This document shows, in pieces, positions 16,401 to 25,552 of a stretch of 36,197 bases of DNA. The stretch is from an uncultured virus (IMG/VR IMGVR_UViG_3300049259_000212) (lineage: Duplodnaviria > Heunggongvirae > Uroviricota > Caudoviricetes), in the IMG/VR virus record IMGVR_UViG_3300049259_000212; one strand, written 5' to 3'. Made by a program: the position numbers and the translations under genes. Position 1 is the first letter of the stretch. Each line of letters begins with the position of its first letter. The notes under the pieces were generated by a model. It had not been told where the DNA came from. It did no database searches and worked only from the letters and a program-made list of their open reading frames with translations.

Positions 16401-16642
16401 GGCGTCGAATGCTCCTCGGGTCGCCGATCGCGCGTGCAGTCGTGCTCGATCTTGCTGTCGACGAGCGCGCAGCTCCCATCGTTGGCGATCCAGCAACGAT
16501 AGCGCGCGTTCCGATGATCCACGGTTACATGGTCGCAGCACGTGCAGCCCCCGCACGTTTCGCAGACCTCGATTCCTTGGTCAGCAAACTCGACGTAGCC
16601 GTTGCAGACGCGAGTGTAGATAGGCTCGGGATCTTCCTTCAC
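16397..16642 (-). CDS. Cys-rich hypothetical protein
   Basis: CETCGGCTCC motif. Confidence 0.55.
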   Translation of the reverse strand: MKEDPEPIYTRVCNGYVEFADQGIEVCETCGGCTCCDHVTVDHRNARYRCWIANDGSCALVDSKIEHDCTRDRRPEEHSTP

Positions 16643-16861
16643 GGCTAGCGCCTCTTTCCGCTGACGATTCGATATTCGAACAGCTCGATCCAGGTCAACG
16701 GGCGAACCATCGACGGGTGCACGCGCTTGATATAACGATCGGAGAATTGGACTTCCACATACGCCCCTTGCGTGTCACATCCTCGACTGAGCACGTCCAC
16801 CCAATCGCCGGAGTCGCAATAAATGTGTGGCTCCTTATCGCTGTAGGTGAGACCACTCACG

Positions 16862-17233
16862 TCAAGCGCTCGCCTTGGAAGTGGTTGCGAGCTTCGCTTC
16901 CAGTAGCGCAACGCGCTCTTTGAGCAGGTCGCTGTACGTCCTCGCGAGAGCGATTTCTTCCTGGTTTGCTTTCACGATGTCCTTCAGGACCGCGATCATC
17001 TCTTCGCAAGTCTCGATATTCCCCGTCTGTGCGCTGATTAGATCGTTGCGCTCTTGGATGTCGCGATGCAGCTCTGTAATGGTGTGCGCTCGGATCCGGG
17101 ACGTCTCTTGAAGTAGCTCGACGGTCTGAACCAGCATCTGACGCTCTGGCTGGAACGGTGAAGTCGCGAGGTTCACGACTGTGGACAACACGTGATTCGC
17201 AACGCCGTTCGCAAGATCGACGACTCGTTTCAT
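16862..17233 (-). CDS. coiled-coil protein
   Basis: MKRVVDLANG...; heptad-rich C-terminal half. Confidence 0.6.
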   Translation of the reverse strand: MKRVVDLANGVANHVLSTVVNLATSPFQPERQMLVQTVELLQETSRIRAHTITELHRDIQERNDLISAQTGNIETCEEMIAVLKDIVKANQEEIALARTYSDLLKERVALLEAKLATTSKASA

Positions 17234-17457
17234 GGCGTACGCTTCCGGGCTCGCGTGTCGACACAGGCGAGAATCCATCGAGCGACCGGCGAGCCGATAT
17301 TCATGAGGGTTGCGATGAAAGCGCCTTCCCACAGTCCGCGATCGTAGTCTGATCGATCCGCGAGCGCGATCTCCAGAACGCGGAAACCCAGAAGGGTGAT
17401 CAGCACAATTCCGGCTCCCAAGAGGTATGGCAAGATCGCTCGGAACGGTCGTCTCAT
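17230..17457 (-). CDS. small membrane protein
   Basis: MRRPFRAILPYLLGAGIVLITLLGF; ATGA overlaps. Confidence 0.55.
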   Translation of the reverse strand: MRRPFRAILPYLLGAGIVLITLLGFRVLEIALADRSDYDRGLWEGAFIATLMNIGSPVARWILACVDTRARKRTP

Positions 17458-17795
17458 CGAGATGCCCACCACGCGGGCTCCTTGCGCAGGACAAGATCGG
17501 CCGCGGCGTGCGCGTACTTCGAAACGTAGTCGGTGTGTCCGACAGCTGTTCGTTCGATGCGCTCGACATCGGCCAGATCGACCGGGACAAGATGAAGGCG
17601 TTCGCGCTGCCGGTTCACCTCGCGCAGCACGCATTCACGCTCGGCAAGGATCCATTGCTCGACGGTTCGTCCTTCACGACGCGTTGTCTCCGCGGTGAGC
17701 TCCAAGCGAATTGCCTCGAAGATCGGCTTGTAGTGAACCCACATGGAATCGCGCACGTGTTTCCAGAAATCGTTGGACAGCATCGATCCGGTCAT
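17454..17795 (-). CDS. hypothetical protein
   Basis: 113 aa, GGAGG RBS, 4-nt overlaps. Confidence 0.65.
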   Translation of the reverse strand: MTGSMLSNDFWKHVRDSMWVHYKPIFEAIRLELTAETTRREGRTVEQWILAERECVLREVNRQRERLHLVPVDLADVERIERTAVGHTDYVSKYAHAAADLVLRKEPAWWASR

Positions 17796-18724
17796 TGTGC
17801 GACCTCCGGCGCCCGCGGTTTTCTACGCTTCCAGTAGTTGCTCTCGGTCAGCTCGAACCGTTCCCAGTTGCGATACCGCGCAGGGTGTCCGTATCCCTCC
17901 GCGATTTCGAGGACGATGTTGTTTGGCTCCCAACCCTCGTTGGGCGGTGGATCGCCACCGTCCTGCTTTCGAACATTCTCCGTCGTCAGGTACTCGTAGT
18001 CTGGGTGCCTGCGCTCGCAATGAAGCTCATGCTCGGTGAGCCCCGCAACACGATCTTCCTCCGCCTTGCGAGCAGCGATGGCGGCAGCGAGTCCTCGCAA
18101 GGCCTTTTCGAACTCCGCACGACTCTGAAACGCGCCGAGATACTGCTCGTAGACGGGAAGCATTTGCGCGCGCTCGGTCTCCAGCTCGCGGATACGCGCT
18201 CGAAGCCTCTCGTACGGAGGTGGTTGGCCACTCTCTTGAGCTAACGCCGCGTCGTAGCGAGCTTGCATCTCTGGGGTACGCGCGTCCGCTATCATTCCTA
18301 CCTTGGCGATGATCTCGTCGCGAATTTGATCGCTTCGCTTGCCCTCGCGAACATCCTTCGCGATCGCGGCGGCGTGCTCGTTGTCGAGCTTCCGCTGTGC
18401 TTGGCGGTCTTTGATCAGCTGAACCATTTGTTGGGTTCGAACCGTCATTCGCTCCAGCCGCTCGGAGATCTCTTGGTCGATGTCTTGCAGTTCTCGCGTG
18501 AACCACGAGCAGAAGAAGTCCGGGTTGCAGGACCACACTTCGACTCCATCGTCGGTCGCAAGCGAAATCCAAACATACTGTCCGTTGTGTTGTGTGAACC
18601 GCGCAGTGAACGCGCCGCGCGGGCAGCCTTGTTGAATCGCGGACTCGGTCGGGCGATACGTGCCGGGCATCCGGCCCAGGATGGCGGGCAGCCGGATTTT
18701 CGAACTAGAGGCGGAGGCGCTCAT
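17792..18724 (-). CDS. hypothetical protein (multi-module, coiled coil)
   Basis: 310 aa ORF starting 6 nt after the class B -10 element. Confidence 0.7.
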   Translation of the reverse strand: MSASASSSKIRLPAILGRMPGTYRPTESAIQQGCPRGAFTARFTQHNGQYVWISLATDDGVEVWSCNPDFFCSWFTRELQDIDQEISERLERMTVRTQQMVQLIKDRQAQRKLDNEHAAAIAKDVREGKRSDQIRDEIIAKVGMIADARTPEMQARYDAALAQESGQPPPYERLRARIRELETERAQMLPVYEQYLGAFQSRAEFEKALRGLAAAIAARKAEEDRVAGLTEHELHCERRHPDYEYLTTENVRKQDGGDPPPNEGWEPNNIVLEIAEGYGHPARYRNWERFELTESNYWKRRKPRAPEVAQ

Positions 18725-18729
18725 GAAGG

Positions 18730-18749
18730 CACGCTATCACAGCGAGTGC
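18730..18749 (-). promoter_or_regulatory. putative promoter, class B (extended -10 TG-a-TAGCGT)
   Basis: 18/20 identical to 21343-21362. Confidence 0.55.
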
Positions 18750-18806
18750 CGCGGCTATAGTTTCAGTTTGATGTTCGGATAGAGCAGGGCGATCGTCTGA
18801 TCACCG

Positions 18807-19292
18807 CTATCCTTGCGCATCGGCCTCTACCCTGTGGGCAGTTTCTTCATCACGTGTGAACTGATCGTAGTCCTTGCCATGGCTACCGACCGCGCCGCAT
18901 ATCGCGCACTCGCCGAGGAGTGCAAGCAGGCGCTGTTGGATCTGGGAGTCCAGCGCGCTGCGTTCTCCAGGCGCGATAGCGAACGCTTTCGCCGTGAAAA
19001 AGACTAACGTGTCGAGAAGCACGGAGAGAGGTTCTTCAAGAAGGTTGTCGGGCGGCTTGGCTAGTGCTAGCGCATCTGCGGCTACGCTTGTCTGGATAGT
19101 CACGTGGAGAGGGCCTGCCGCCATCTTCAAGTCTCCAAGCGCCTCGATCGAGTCACCCTCCGTCGGATTCTCTGCTTCCTCAGGCATCGAGGACGGGATG
19201 CCCCCCTCTTGCAGCAGCTCGCGGATCGCACGGGCAAGGACTAGGGTCCCGCTGTTTCGCGACCCGGAGACAGTGATGTTGATCTCGTTCAT
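18807..19292 (-). CDS. hypothetical protein
   Basis: 161 aa ORF with ATGA overlap. Confidence 0.6.
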   Translation of the reverse strand: MNEINITVSGSRNSGTLVLARAIRELLQEGGIPSSMPEEAENPTEGDSIEALGDLKMAAGPLHVTIQTSVAADALALAKPPDNLLEEPLSVLLDTLVFFTAKAFAIAPGERSALDSQIQQRLLALLGECAICGAVGSHGKDYDQFTRDEETAHRVEADAQG

Positions 19293-19480
19293 CGGGTGCT
19301 TGGCTTTCTAGCCAGTGCGTCTCCGCACGCGGCGAGGACGGCTCCTACGCGATGGGGCTCGACACGGATCGGTTCCCCGTCACCATCGGGCAATGTGGCG
19401 TAAATGATGAGCGCCCCGTCCTTGCATGCCTCGAACGCGTGGGCGCCACGGAATTTCTTCGGTGTTTTCTTCATGTCCAA
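19289..19480 (-). CDS. hypothetical protein
   Basis: 63 aa ORF between coupled neighbours. Confidence 0.5.
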   Translation of the reverse strand: MDMKKTPKKFRGAHAFEACKDGALIIYATLPDGDGEPIRVEPHRVGAVLAACGDALARKPSTR

Positions 19481-19869
19481 TCACTCACGAGCCACCACGC
19501 CGCCTTCTTTCCCTTGATGTTGATGTCCAGGAGTTTGCAGAACGCTGCGAGCTGCTTGTTCCACGCAGGATCCGTCCGCAGAGCGCGGATCTCTTGCGGA
19601 TGCCCGCGCCACGCGAGCGTGGTCGACGCTTTGATCGCCACGTAAGGCATCGGGCATTCCCCGGAGCAGTGCGTTTCCACGGTGCACGGCTCCTTTGCGA
19701 TGAAGGGCCGAGCGGCTTCGTCCGTTAGGCCCTTCATGCGCGCGTAGCGCTCGTGCCAGCTGTATTCTTCGTCGTCCTCGTCACTGCTGTCGTCGACATC
19801 CCATGGCCACGAGGCTTCGTCCTCCCAGCAGTAGCCGTAGAACAAGATCGCGTTGGTAGCCGTCCCCAT
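19471..19869 (-). CDS. hypothetical protein
   Basis: MGTATNAILFYGYCW...; TAATG coupling. Confidence 0.65.
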   Translation of the reverse strand: MGTATNAILFYGYCWEDEASWPWDVDDSSDEDDEEYSWHERYARMKGLTDEAARPFIAKEPCTVETHCSGECPMPYVAIKASTTLAWRGHPQEIRALRTDPAWNKQLAAFCKLLDINIKGKKAAWWLVSDWT

Positions 19870-20729
19870 TACTGCGGCGACTGTCCCGGTGTGAACCACC
19901 TGCCGAACTCGGTCATGAACGCTGCCGTCTCGACGCCGTCGTAGTAGTCGCCGAAGGGGTTCTTGAACTTCAGGTTGTTGCCGCCCAGCAGTGTCGCTTC
20001 GTTGCGGAGCCAGGGCTCGCGATGCTCAAGGATAAGCTTTGCGGCCAGCACTTCCTCTTCCGGCGGCACGCTGTTGTCGTGGAAGTGGATGATCTGGCCG
20101 TCGTCGAGGTCGAAGCACATGCGCGTGTTGTAGGCCGCGATCTCGCTCTGGCGGTGCGCGAGGACATAGCGGTGACCGGTGAGGCCGCCGGTCACGACGA
20201 TGGCACGTTGTTTCGCCCAGCTCGCGTGCTCGTCGTCGTTCAGGAACGCCAGCAGTACTTCGCTCGCAGGCGTCACGGCGCCGACCAAACAGTCTGGGCA
20301 GCACGGCGTGGGACGCTTGACGCTCGCGGCCTTTGCGGGCTTCTCAGGCTTTTCCGTCGCTTCGGCCTTCTCGATCGCTCCGGCGACCTTCTCGGCCGCT
20401 TCGTCGTCAGCGCCTTCGATGACGCTCAGCTCACCGTCGGAGAACGACACGGCCGTCAGCGTCTGCTTCTTGGGCCGTGCGAGCTTGAGCAGGATCTTCG
20501 ACACCTTCGCCAAGGGGCCCGAGAGCGCCACGCGATCGCGGCTCTTGTCGGTGAACTGGAGGTCGCGATCCTCTTTGTTCACCCAGCCCTTCGCGGCGGC
20601 TTGGCGCAGGAACTCGGTGAGGATCTTCTGCTCGTGCGGCGTCGGGTCGTGGACGACGAGCCGCGACGTGTGATCGCCGATGGATTCGAGTCGGAAGTCA
20701 CCGTTCCAGGACGGAAGGTAGAACTTCAC
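19869..20729 (-). CDS. hypothetical protein
   Basis: GTG start KFYLPSWNGDFRLE overlaps the upstream stop; KRPTPCCPDC motif; GC-biased codons. Confidence 0.7.
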   Translation of the reverse strand: MKFYLPSWNGDFRLESIGDHTSRLVVHDPTPHEQKILTEFLRQAAAKGWVNKEDRDLQFTDKSRDRVALSGPLAKVSKILLKLARPKKQTLTAVSFSDGELSVIEGADDEAAEKVAGAIEKAEATEKPEKPAKAASVKRPTPCCPDCLVGAVTPASEVLLAFLNDDEHASWAKQRAIVVTGGLTGHRYVLAHRQSEIAAYNTRMCFDLDDGQIIHFHDNSVPPEEEVLAAKLILEHREPWLRNEATLLGGNNLKFKNPFGDYYDGVETAAFMTEFGRWFTPGQSPQ

Positions 20730-21304
20730 TGGACGTCCCCTGTCGGATCGACGACGTCGGGATGGGGCTTGGTCATGCCGAGTTTCTTTTCGATGTCGGC
20801 GGCGACATCCGGCATGTTGTTCTCGCGGGCCACGGCCAGGGCCTCGACGAGCTTCGCCGGGTTCTCGTTGACCTTGCCCAGCGCCTCGACGAGCTGCCGA
20901 ACGGCCTGCACGCCGAAGTTCTCGTTGTTGACGCACACGGATCCCAATGGATATCCGGTTTCCAGCGGGAAGGACCCGCCGCCCACGACCGAGCTCCAGC
21001 CTGAGCCGTAGGGGTGCTTGCGGTTCATGAGCAACGAGCCGAGGTCGTTCTCGGACATCTTCTCGGTCATCAGGATCTCTCGCGCCGCGCCGACGAACTT
21101 TTCGACCTGCGTCGCCACCGCGATCGTGAACGCGCCGTCGTTCTTGTCGTCGCCGGTCGTCAGGATACGGATCAACTCGTCCCGGAGGTGGTTCGAGATG
21201 GCGGAGGGCTTGCGCTTCTCGACAGCAGTGACGCGCAGGCCTGCGCGCTCGATCAAGGCGGCCTCGCGGGCGTTCAGGGGAATTTCCATCTCTACATCAG
21301 CCAT
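20726..21304 (-). CDS. hypothetical protein
   Basis: MADVEMEIP after a GAAAGGA RBS. Confidence 0.7.
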   Translation of the reverse strand: MADVEMEIPLNAREAALIERAGLRVTAVEKRKPSAISNHLRDELIRILTTGDDKNDGAFTIAVATQVEKFVGAAREILMTEKMSENDLGSLLMNRKHPYGSGWSSVVGGGSFPLETGYPLGSVCVNNENFGVQAVRQLVEALGKVNENPAKLVEALAVARENNMPDVAADIEKKLGMTKPHPDVVDPTGDVQ

Positions 21305-21342
21305 CGGTCGGGATCCTTTCGTCAACGTGCATGGAGAGTGAC

Positions 21343-21362
21343 CACGCTATCATAACGAGTGC
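21343..21362 (-). promoter_or_regulatory. putative promoter, class B
   Basis: GCACTCGTTATGATAGCGTG, second copy of the class B motif. Confidence 0.55.
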
Positions 21363-21472
21363 AGAAGCCGATCAAATCAACGGGATCTGATCTCGCATGA
21401 ACTGCATGATCGCCCGAGCCACGTCATCTACGGCGTCAACTGTTACGGGAAGGTAGTAGTTGGTCAGGGACT

Positions 21473-21904
21473 TCAAGATGCAACTCTCGCCTCTTTGCAG
21501 CGAGCATTCTTTGGAAGTCTTCCCACGATTCGTGAAGCCTGGCTGTTCCACGTAAGGCTAACTGCTGGAAGATCGATCTCGAAGGCCACTCCATGCGATC
21601 TGTAGGCGCGTAGCACGATCAATCGCAAGCTCCATCCGAAGTCGTCAATGACCCACCACCAGTCGACGTAGGGGGATAGACGCTCTTGATTGATGGGCGA
21701 GGATGTCTCCACCTCGTAACAAATAAGTTCTTGGCGATCGCGATCGAATAGGTAGCCGTCCGGCACGATCCTAGTGCCTTCAAGAGATTCCAGATCTTTG
21801 CTCGTAAGGTTCAGCTCCGAGCGCACGGCACGTTTGAAGCTATGTCGTCGTGCACCGACCTCGCTAAGGAGTTTATCGACAAGCTGGCAATGTTGTTCTT
21901 TCAC
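21473..21904 (-). CDS. putative PD-(D/E)XK-fold nuclease
   Basis: IVPDGYLF...LICYEVETS (PD...E-x-E variant); coupled to the recombinase gene. Confidence 0.5.
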   Translation of the reverse strand: MKEQHCQLVDKLLSEVGARRHSFKRAVRSELNLTSKDLESLEGTRIVPDGYLFDRDRQELICYEVETSSPINQERLSPYVDWWWVIDDFGWSLRLIVLRAYRSHGVAFEIDLPAVSLTWNSQASRIVGRLPKNARCKEARVAS

Positions 21905-22827
21905 GGAGCTTTCCTTCGGTTTGCGCGGAAGGTTGCAACCTGTCGCGCGACACCCGTTCCACGGGCCTTGCCGTCATAACGGGCCGTCATGTCCGCACTC
22001 GCGTGACCCGCAGCTCCCTGAATCTCATACGACGGAAGCCCCGCCTCATGGGCGTCGCGCAGAAACAGCGCGCGGAAGCTGTGGGGGTGCGCTGCGGGCG
22101 CTGCCTTGGCGGCCCACCTGTCGATGATCTTGTTCACGGTGTTGGGGTGCAGGTGACCGTCGCCCTCGCTCGCCGGAAAGAGATAGCTCGAGGTCCGGCG
22201 TTCGGTGAGCCAGTGATCGAGCGCCTGGATGCTCTCATCCGGCAGCTCGACCTCTTGTTCCTTGTCACCCTTCTGTCGATTGAACACGCGACGCCCGTCA
22301 TAGTTGGCCCGTGGTAGGGACGCGATCGCCGTGCGGCGCCAGCCGGTGTCGAGGAGCAGGCACAGCACCGCGTGATCTCGAGCGTGACCCGACGCTGCCT
22401 GCATGATTGCGACTGCTTGGTCATCCGTGATACGCCTCGACTTGAGGACCTTACCTGCACGGGGCCAAGCAAGGATTTCCGGATGGAACGGGTTCGTCGA
22501 GACGATGGGGCGCTGATGCTCGTCAGGGAGCTTTCGCAGCGTGCTGTAGATGGTCGACATCGACGCGAGTCGACGTCGCCGCGTATCTTCGGAGCCGATC
22601 AACGAATCGCGATAGAGCGTCGCGTTGGCGAGCGTTGGCGTCTTGGGATCGATCTGCTTGTGCGAGCAGAACGCGAGCCATCCTTCGAGATCTCGCCTGT
22701 ACGCGTCCTTCGTGTGCGGTGATTTCTTCGCGTCGATCACCTGACGAGCGACGGTCCTGAAATCGATCCGCGATTCGAGCCGCGGGACCAGTGAGGTACC
22801 TGCTTTGTCGGGCGATCGCGGCTTCAC
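21901..22827 (-). CDS. tyrosine recombinase/integrase (XerC/D-like)
   Basis: N-terminal SPHTKDAYRRDL; catalytic DTGWR(R), QKGDK, HPHSFR, AGHAS and TARY. Confidence 0.92.
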   Translation of the reverse strand: MKPRSPDKAGTSLVPRLESRIDFRTVARQVIDAKKSPHTKDAYRRDLEGWLAFCSHKQIDPKTPTLANATLYRDSLIGSEDTRRRRLASMSTIYSTLRKLPDEHQRPIVSTNPFHPEILAWPRAGKVLKSRRITDDQAVAIMQAASGHARDHAVLCLLLDTGWRRTAIASLPRANYDGRRVFNRQKGDKEQEVELPDESIQALDHWLTERRTSSYLFPASEGDGHLHPNTVNKIIDRWAAKAAPAAHPHSFRALFLRDAHEAGLPSYEIQGAAGHASADMTARYDGKARGTGVARQVATFRANRRKAP

Positions 22828-22874
22828 TGGGGCGGGCCCTGGGTGCTCACAGGGGCCATCCTAGCAGAGTGGGT

Positions 22875-22893
22875 ACATAACTCGCAATTATGT
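22875..22893. other. dif-like tyrosine recombinase core site
   Basis: ACATAA-ctcgcaa-TTATGT inverted repeat 48 bp upstream of the recombinase; arms resemble the CATAA/TTATGT cores of Xer dif sites. Confidence 0.6.
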
Positions 22894-22997
22894 CGCGCCA
22901 GGCCAGGCTACCTATATTCAACATGTTGCATTTCATAAGTATGGTGAACATCTGTTTCACTTGCTTAGCGGCCGAAACAGCGACTACAACAGCGCGC

Positions 22998-23408
22998 GTG
23001 ACGGAGCAGAAACAGATCGAGGTATCGCTGCGCGGAGAGCTGGCTGCGCTCGCCAGCCCTGATCGAGCTGCGCCGTACAACGCTGCAATCGCCGATGTGC
23101 TCACAATCTTCGATCGTCATGAACAAGTTCGGAAGAAGCGCAGTGCACGAGCAATCACGCAGCTAAAGAACGATGGAAAGAAGACGGGCGGCGATTTGCC
23201 CTACGGCTTCGAGCTGGCCCCCGACGGAGAAACACTTCGGAAGTGCGTCGCCGAGCAAAAAATCATCGCCGCGGCCAAGAAGTTGCGCAGCGAAGGCCAC
23301 TCGCTGCGCGAGGTCGCGCGGCGGCTCGCGGCCCGCAATATGTTCCCTCGAGAAGGGGACCTGTTCCACGCCGCCCAGGTGCGCCGTATCCTCGACGAGG
23401 ATTCGTGA
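22998..23408 (+). CDS. recombinase-domain protein (serine recombinase DNA-binding part only)
   Basis: GKKTGGDLPYGF...EQKII...GHSLREVARRL...FHAAQVRRIL; no N-terminal YxRxS catalytic domain. Confidence 0.75.
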   Translation: MTEQKQIEVSLRGELAALASPDRAAPYNAAIADVLTIFDRHEQVRKKRSARAITQLKNDGKKTGGDLPYGFELAPDGETLRKCVAEQKIIAAAKKLRSEGHSLREVARRLAARNMFPREGDLFHAAQVRRILDEDS

Positions 23409-23920
23409 GCGTTCGTCGGCTTCCTCGTCAGCTCGGCATTGTCATCGTCTGCGATGAGCACGACTGCACCGAGCGCTTCCAGAGTGCCGCGATCCGTATC
23501 AAGCCGAATCGCGCGCTGCTGCAAACGATCGGCTGGGGCCGGGGAGGCGGTAAGTACGGCAACCACTCCAAGCGGCGCGATCTCTGCGCGGCTCACGCGT
23601 CACTGGAGGCGGAACGTGTTGCGGCGAAGTTGAAGAAGCTCGTCGCCAAGAAGGCCGCGCGGAACGAGAAACTGCGCGAGGTGTTGGCGGCCCACATCCC
23701 GCCGTCGAGGTCGCCTCGATCACTTCAAGCACTGGGACCCGTAGGTCCGACGATGAACAAGCTGTGGGCGAGCTGCTCACATGCCGAAAAGGACGAGATC
23801 CGCGCAGCGCTTCGTGAACGCATCCACAAGAAAAACGCGGATCATGCCAAATCGATTCTTCGCGGGCTGCCCAAGCAATGGCGTGACGCCGTCATCACCC
23901 ACATCCGAGATCTGCCCTGA
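23405..23920 (+). CDS. hypothetical protein
   Basis: GTGA overlap; CDEHDC...GW...DLCAAH motif. Confidence 0.6.
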   Translation: MSVRRLPRQLGIVIVCDEHDCTERFQSAAIRIKPNRALLQTIGWGRGGGKYGNHSKRRDLCAAHASLEAERVAAKLKKLVAKKAARNEKLREVLAAHIPPSRSPRSLQALGPVGPTMNKLWASCSHAEKDEIRAALRERIHKKNADHAKSILRGLPKQWRDAVITHIRDLP

Positions 23921-23972
23921 ACCACGGCCCACGAAGGAGATCGCCTTGTTCCTTGATCCTGCTCTCCACAGA

Positions 23973-24158
23973 ATGATTTGTTCCCGGTGCTATCACATCA
24001 ACGAAGTCACAGCGCCCGTGTGCGTGAAGTGCCGCCACGATGCTGGCACGCCCGTGAACAAGGAGAACGCAGAGAACCTTCGCGGCACGATGCAGCGCCT
24101 CGGCACGGGCAGTGGCCCCGACCCTGTTCTCGTCTCGAAACTGGAAAAGCTGCTGTGA
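23973..24158 (+). CDS. zinc-ribbon protein
   Basis: MICSRCYHIN...CVKC. Confidence 0.55.
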   Translation: MICSRCYHINEVTAPVCVKCRHDAGTPVNKENAENLRGTMQRLGTGSGPDPVLVSKLEKLL

Positions 24159-24345
24159 AGATCATCCGTAAGAGCGACTACGACCATGAAGGCCCCCGAG
24201 GCAATCAGTACATAGCCGCGGAGAATATTCCAAACCGGCACCTTGCCGAGATCATGGTCGCTGCGCTCAACGATCGCTGCCCGACGAGGACTACTTCGTG
24301 ATCGTCGCCGACGACTACGTGCTGCCGTCGCGCTGGGAGCCCTGA
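24155..24345 (+). pseudogene. small phage-type protein split by a 1-nt deletion (possibly a sequencing error)
   Basis: MKIIRKSDYD...AALNDRCP continues DEDYFVIVADDYVLPSRWEP-stop (TGATG with the next gene) if one C is added at 24280-24282. Confidence 0.6.
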
Positions 24346-25019
24346 TGCTGATCCTCATCGAAAACCTGCTACCTCCGAACATCGTCAATCTGCTCCGTGA
24401 CTGGATGACGAGCGCCGTGTTCGAGGACGGCCGCGCAACGGCGGGCGGTAACGCAGCCCTGGTCAAGAACAACGAGCAGGTCAGTTCGGATCCAGATCAT
24501 CCCGAGCCGCGGCTCAAGGAGATGCAGGATCTTATCCTCGATCGGCTGTGGGAGCACCCGCTGTTCTGCGCAGCGGCGCAGCCCAAAGAGATCAAGGCAC
24601 CGTTGTTCTCGCGCTACGCGACGGGCAAGAGCTACGGCCTGCACATGGACAACGCGATGATGGGCGAGTCCCGCGTCGACGTGTCGCTGACGATCTTTCT
24701 CGACGAGCCCACGGCGTACGAAGGCGGCGAGCTCGTGATGTATTTCCCGACCGGCGAGCGATCGATCAAGCTCCCTGCGGGGCACTGCGTGCTCTACCCG
24801 ACGACCGCGCTCCATCGTGTCGCGGAAGTAACTCGCGGAACTCGGCTCGTGGCGGTGAGCTGGGTGCGAAGCCTTGTCCGCGACGCCGCGAAGCGCGAGA
24901 TCCTGTTCGATCTCAAGCTGGCGAGTCAACGCATCGCCGACAAGCTCGGCAAGACACCTGAGATCGACATGCTCAACAAGACGCACACGAACCTTTTGCG
25001 CCAATGGGTGGAGGATTGA
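24345..25019 (+). CDS. piuC: PKHD-type Fe(II)/2-oxoglutarate hydroxylase (PiuC/YbiX)
   Basis: DGRATAG...VKNNEQ, PLFSRY, YGLHMDN (HxD), YEGGEL, YP..LHRV, R..AVSW..SLVRD and NLLRQW. Confidence 0.93.
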   Translation: MLILIENLLPPNIVNLLRDWMTSAVFEDGRATAGGNAALVKNNEQVSSDPDHPEPRLKEMQDLILDRLWEHPLFCAAAQPKEIKAPLFSRYATGKSYGLHMDNAMMGESRVDVSLTIFLDEPTAYEGGELVMYFPTGERSIKLPAGHCVLYPTTALHRVAEVTRGTRLVAVSWVRSLVRDAAKREILFDLKLASQRIADKLGKTPEIDMLNKTHTNLLRQWVED

Positions 25020-25021
25020 TC

Positions 25022-25549
25022 ATGGATGCAGTGATCGCTCGAGAACCGCAGCGCGGCTGGTATTGGCAGCTGACGCAGAACGGGGAGGACGGCCCAAAGA
25101 CGTACGCTCCGAGCTATGAGGCTGCGCAGACTGCCGCGACGCGCCTGGGCTACCGCATCGACAATGGCGGCTGGCATCACAAGTTGCTGTTGTGGAACTG
25201 GGAGGGCCTCTCGCTTGAGGGGTGGCCTGGGTGGGAGAGGGAAGGCCTCGCGCCTGCGTCGTGTTGCCTCGAACACGTCAACAGCAACACCGCATGGCCA
25301 GCGCAGGCTCGTGGCGAACAGGAGCGCACAGCATCCTGCCGTGCTGTGGCAAATGCTTGGGACGACGCGACGACGGATCTGTTCTACGTCCGTGAGTTCA
25401 GCTACGACGGGACCGGTAGCCTTGTGAATGGCGAAGCATACGGATCTAACTGGTGGTTTCGCACCGCTGCCGCGCGCGATCGCTTTCTGATCTGGGTCGC
25501 GGTGTTCGCGACAGATGTTCGAATCGTGAAGCGCTCTGGAAAGGAATGA
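25022..25549 (+). CDS. hypothetical protein
   Basis: MDAVIARE... after GGAGG. Confidence 0.6.
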   Translation: MDAVIAREPQRGWYWQLTQNGEDGPKTYAPSYEAAQTAATRLGYRIDNGGWHHKLLLWNWEGLSLEGWPGWEREGLAPASCCLEHVNSNTAWPAQARGEQERTASCRAVANAWDDATTDLFYVREFSYDGTGSLVNGEAYGSNWWFRTAAARDRFLIWVAVFATDVRIVKRSGKE

Positions 25550-25552
25550 TCG

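Noticed and set aside
22890..22997. N-terminal 36 codons of the recombinase-domain ORF as a catalytic domain
   Set aside because: No YxRxS motif; the stretch is AT-rich and looks regulatory.
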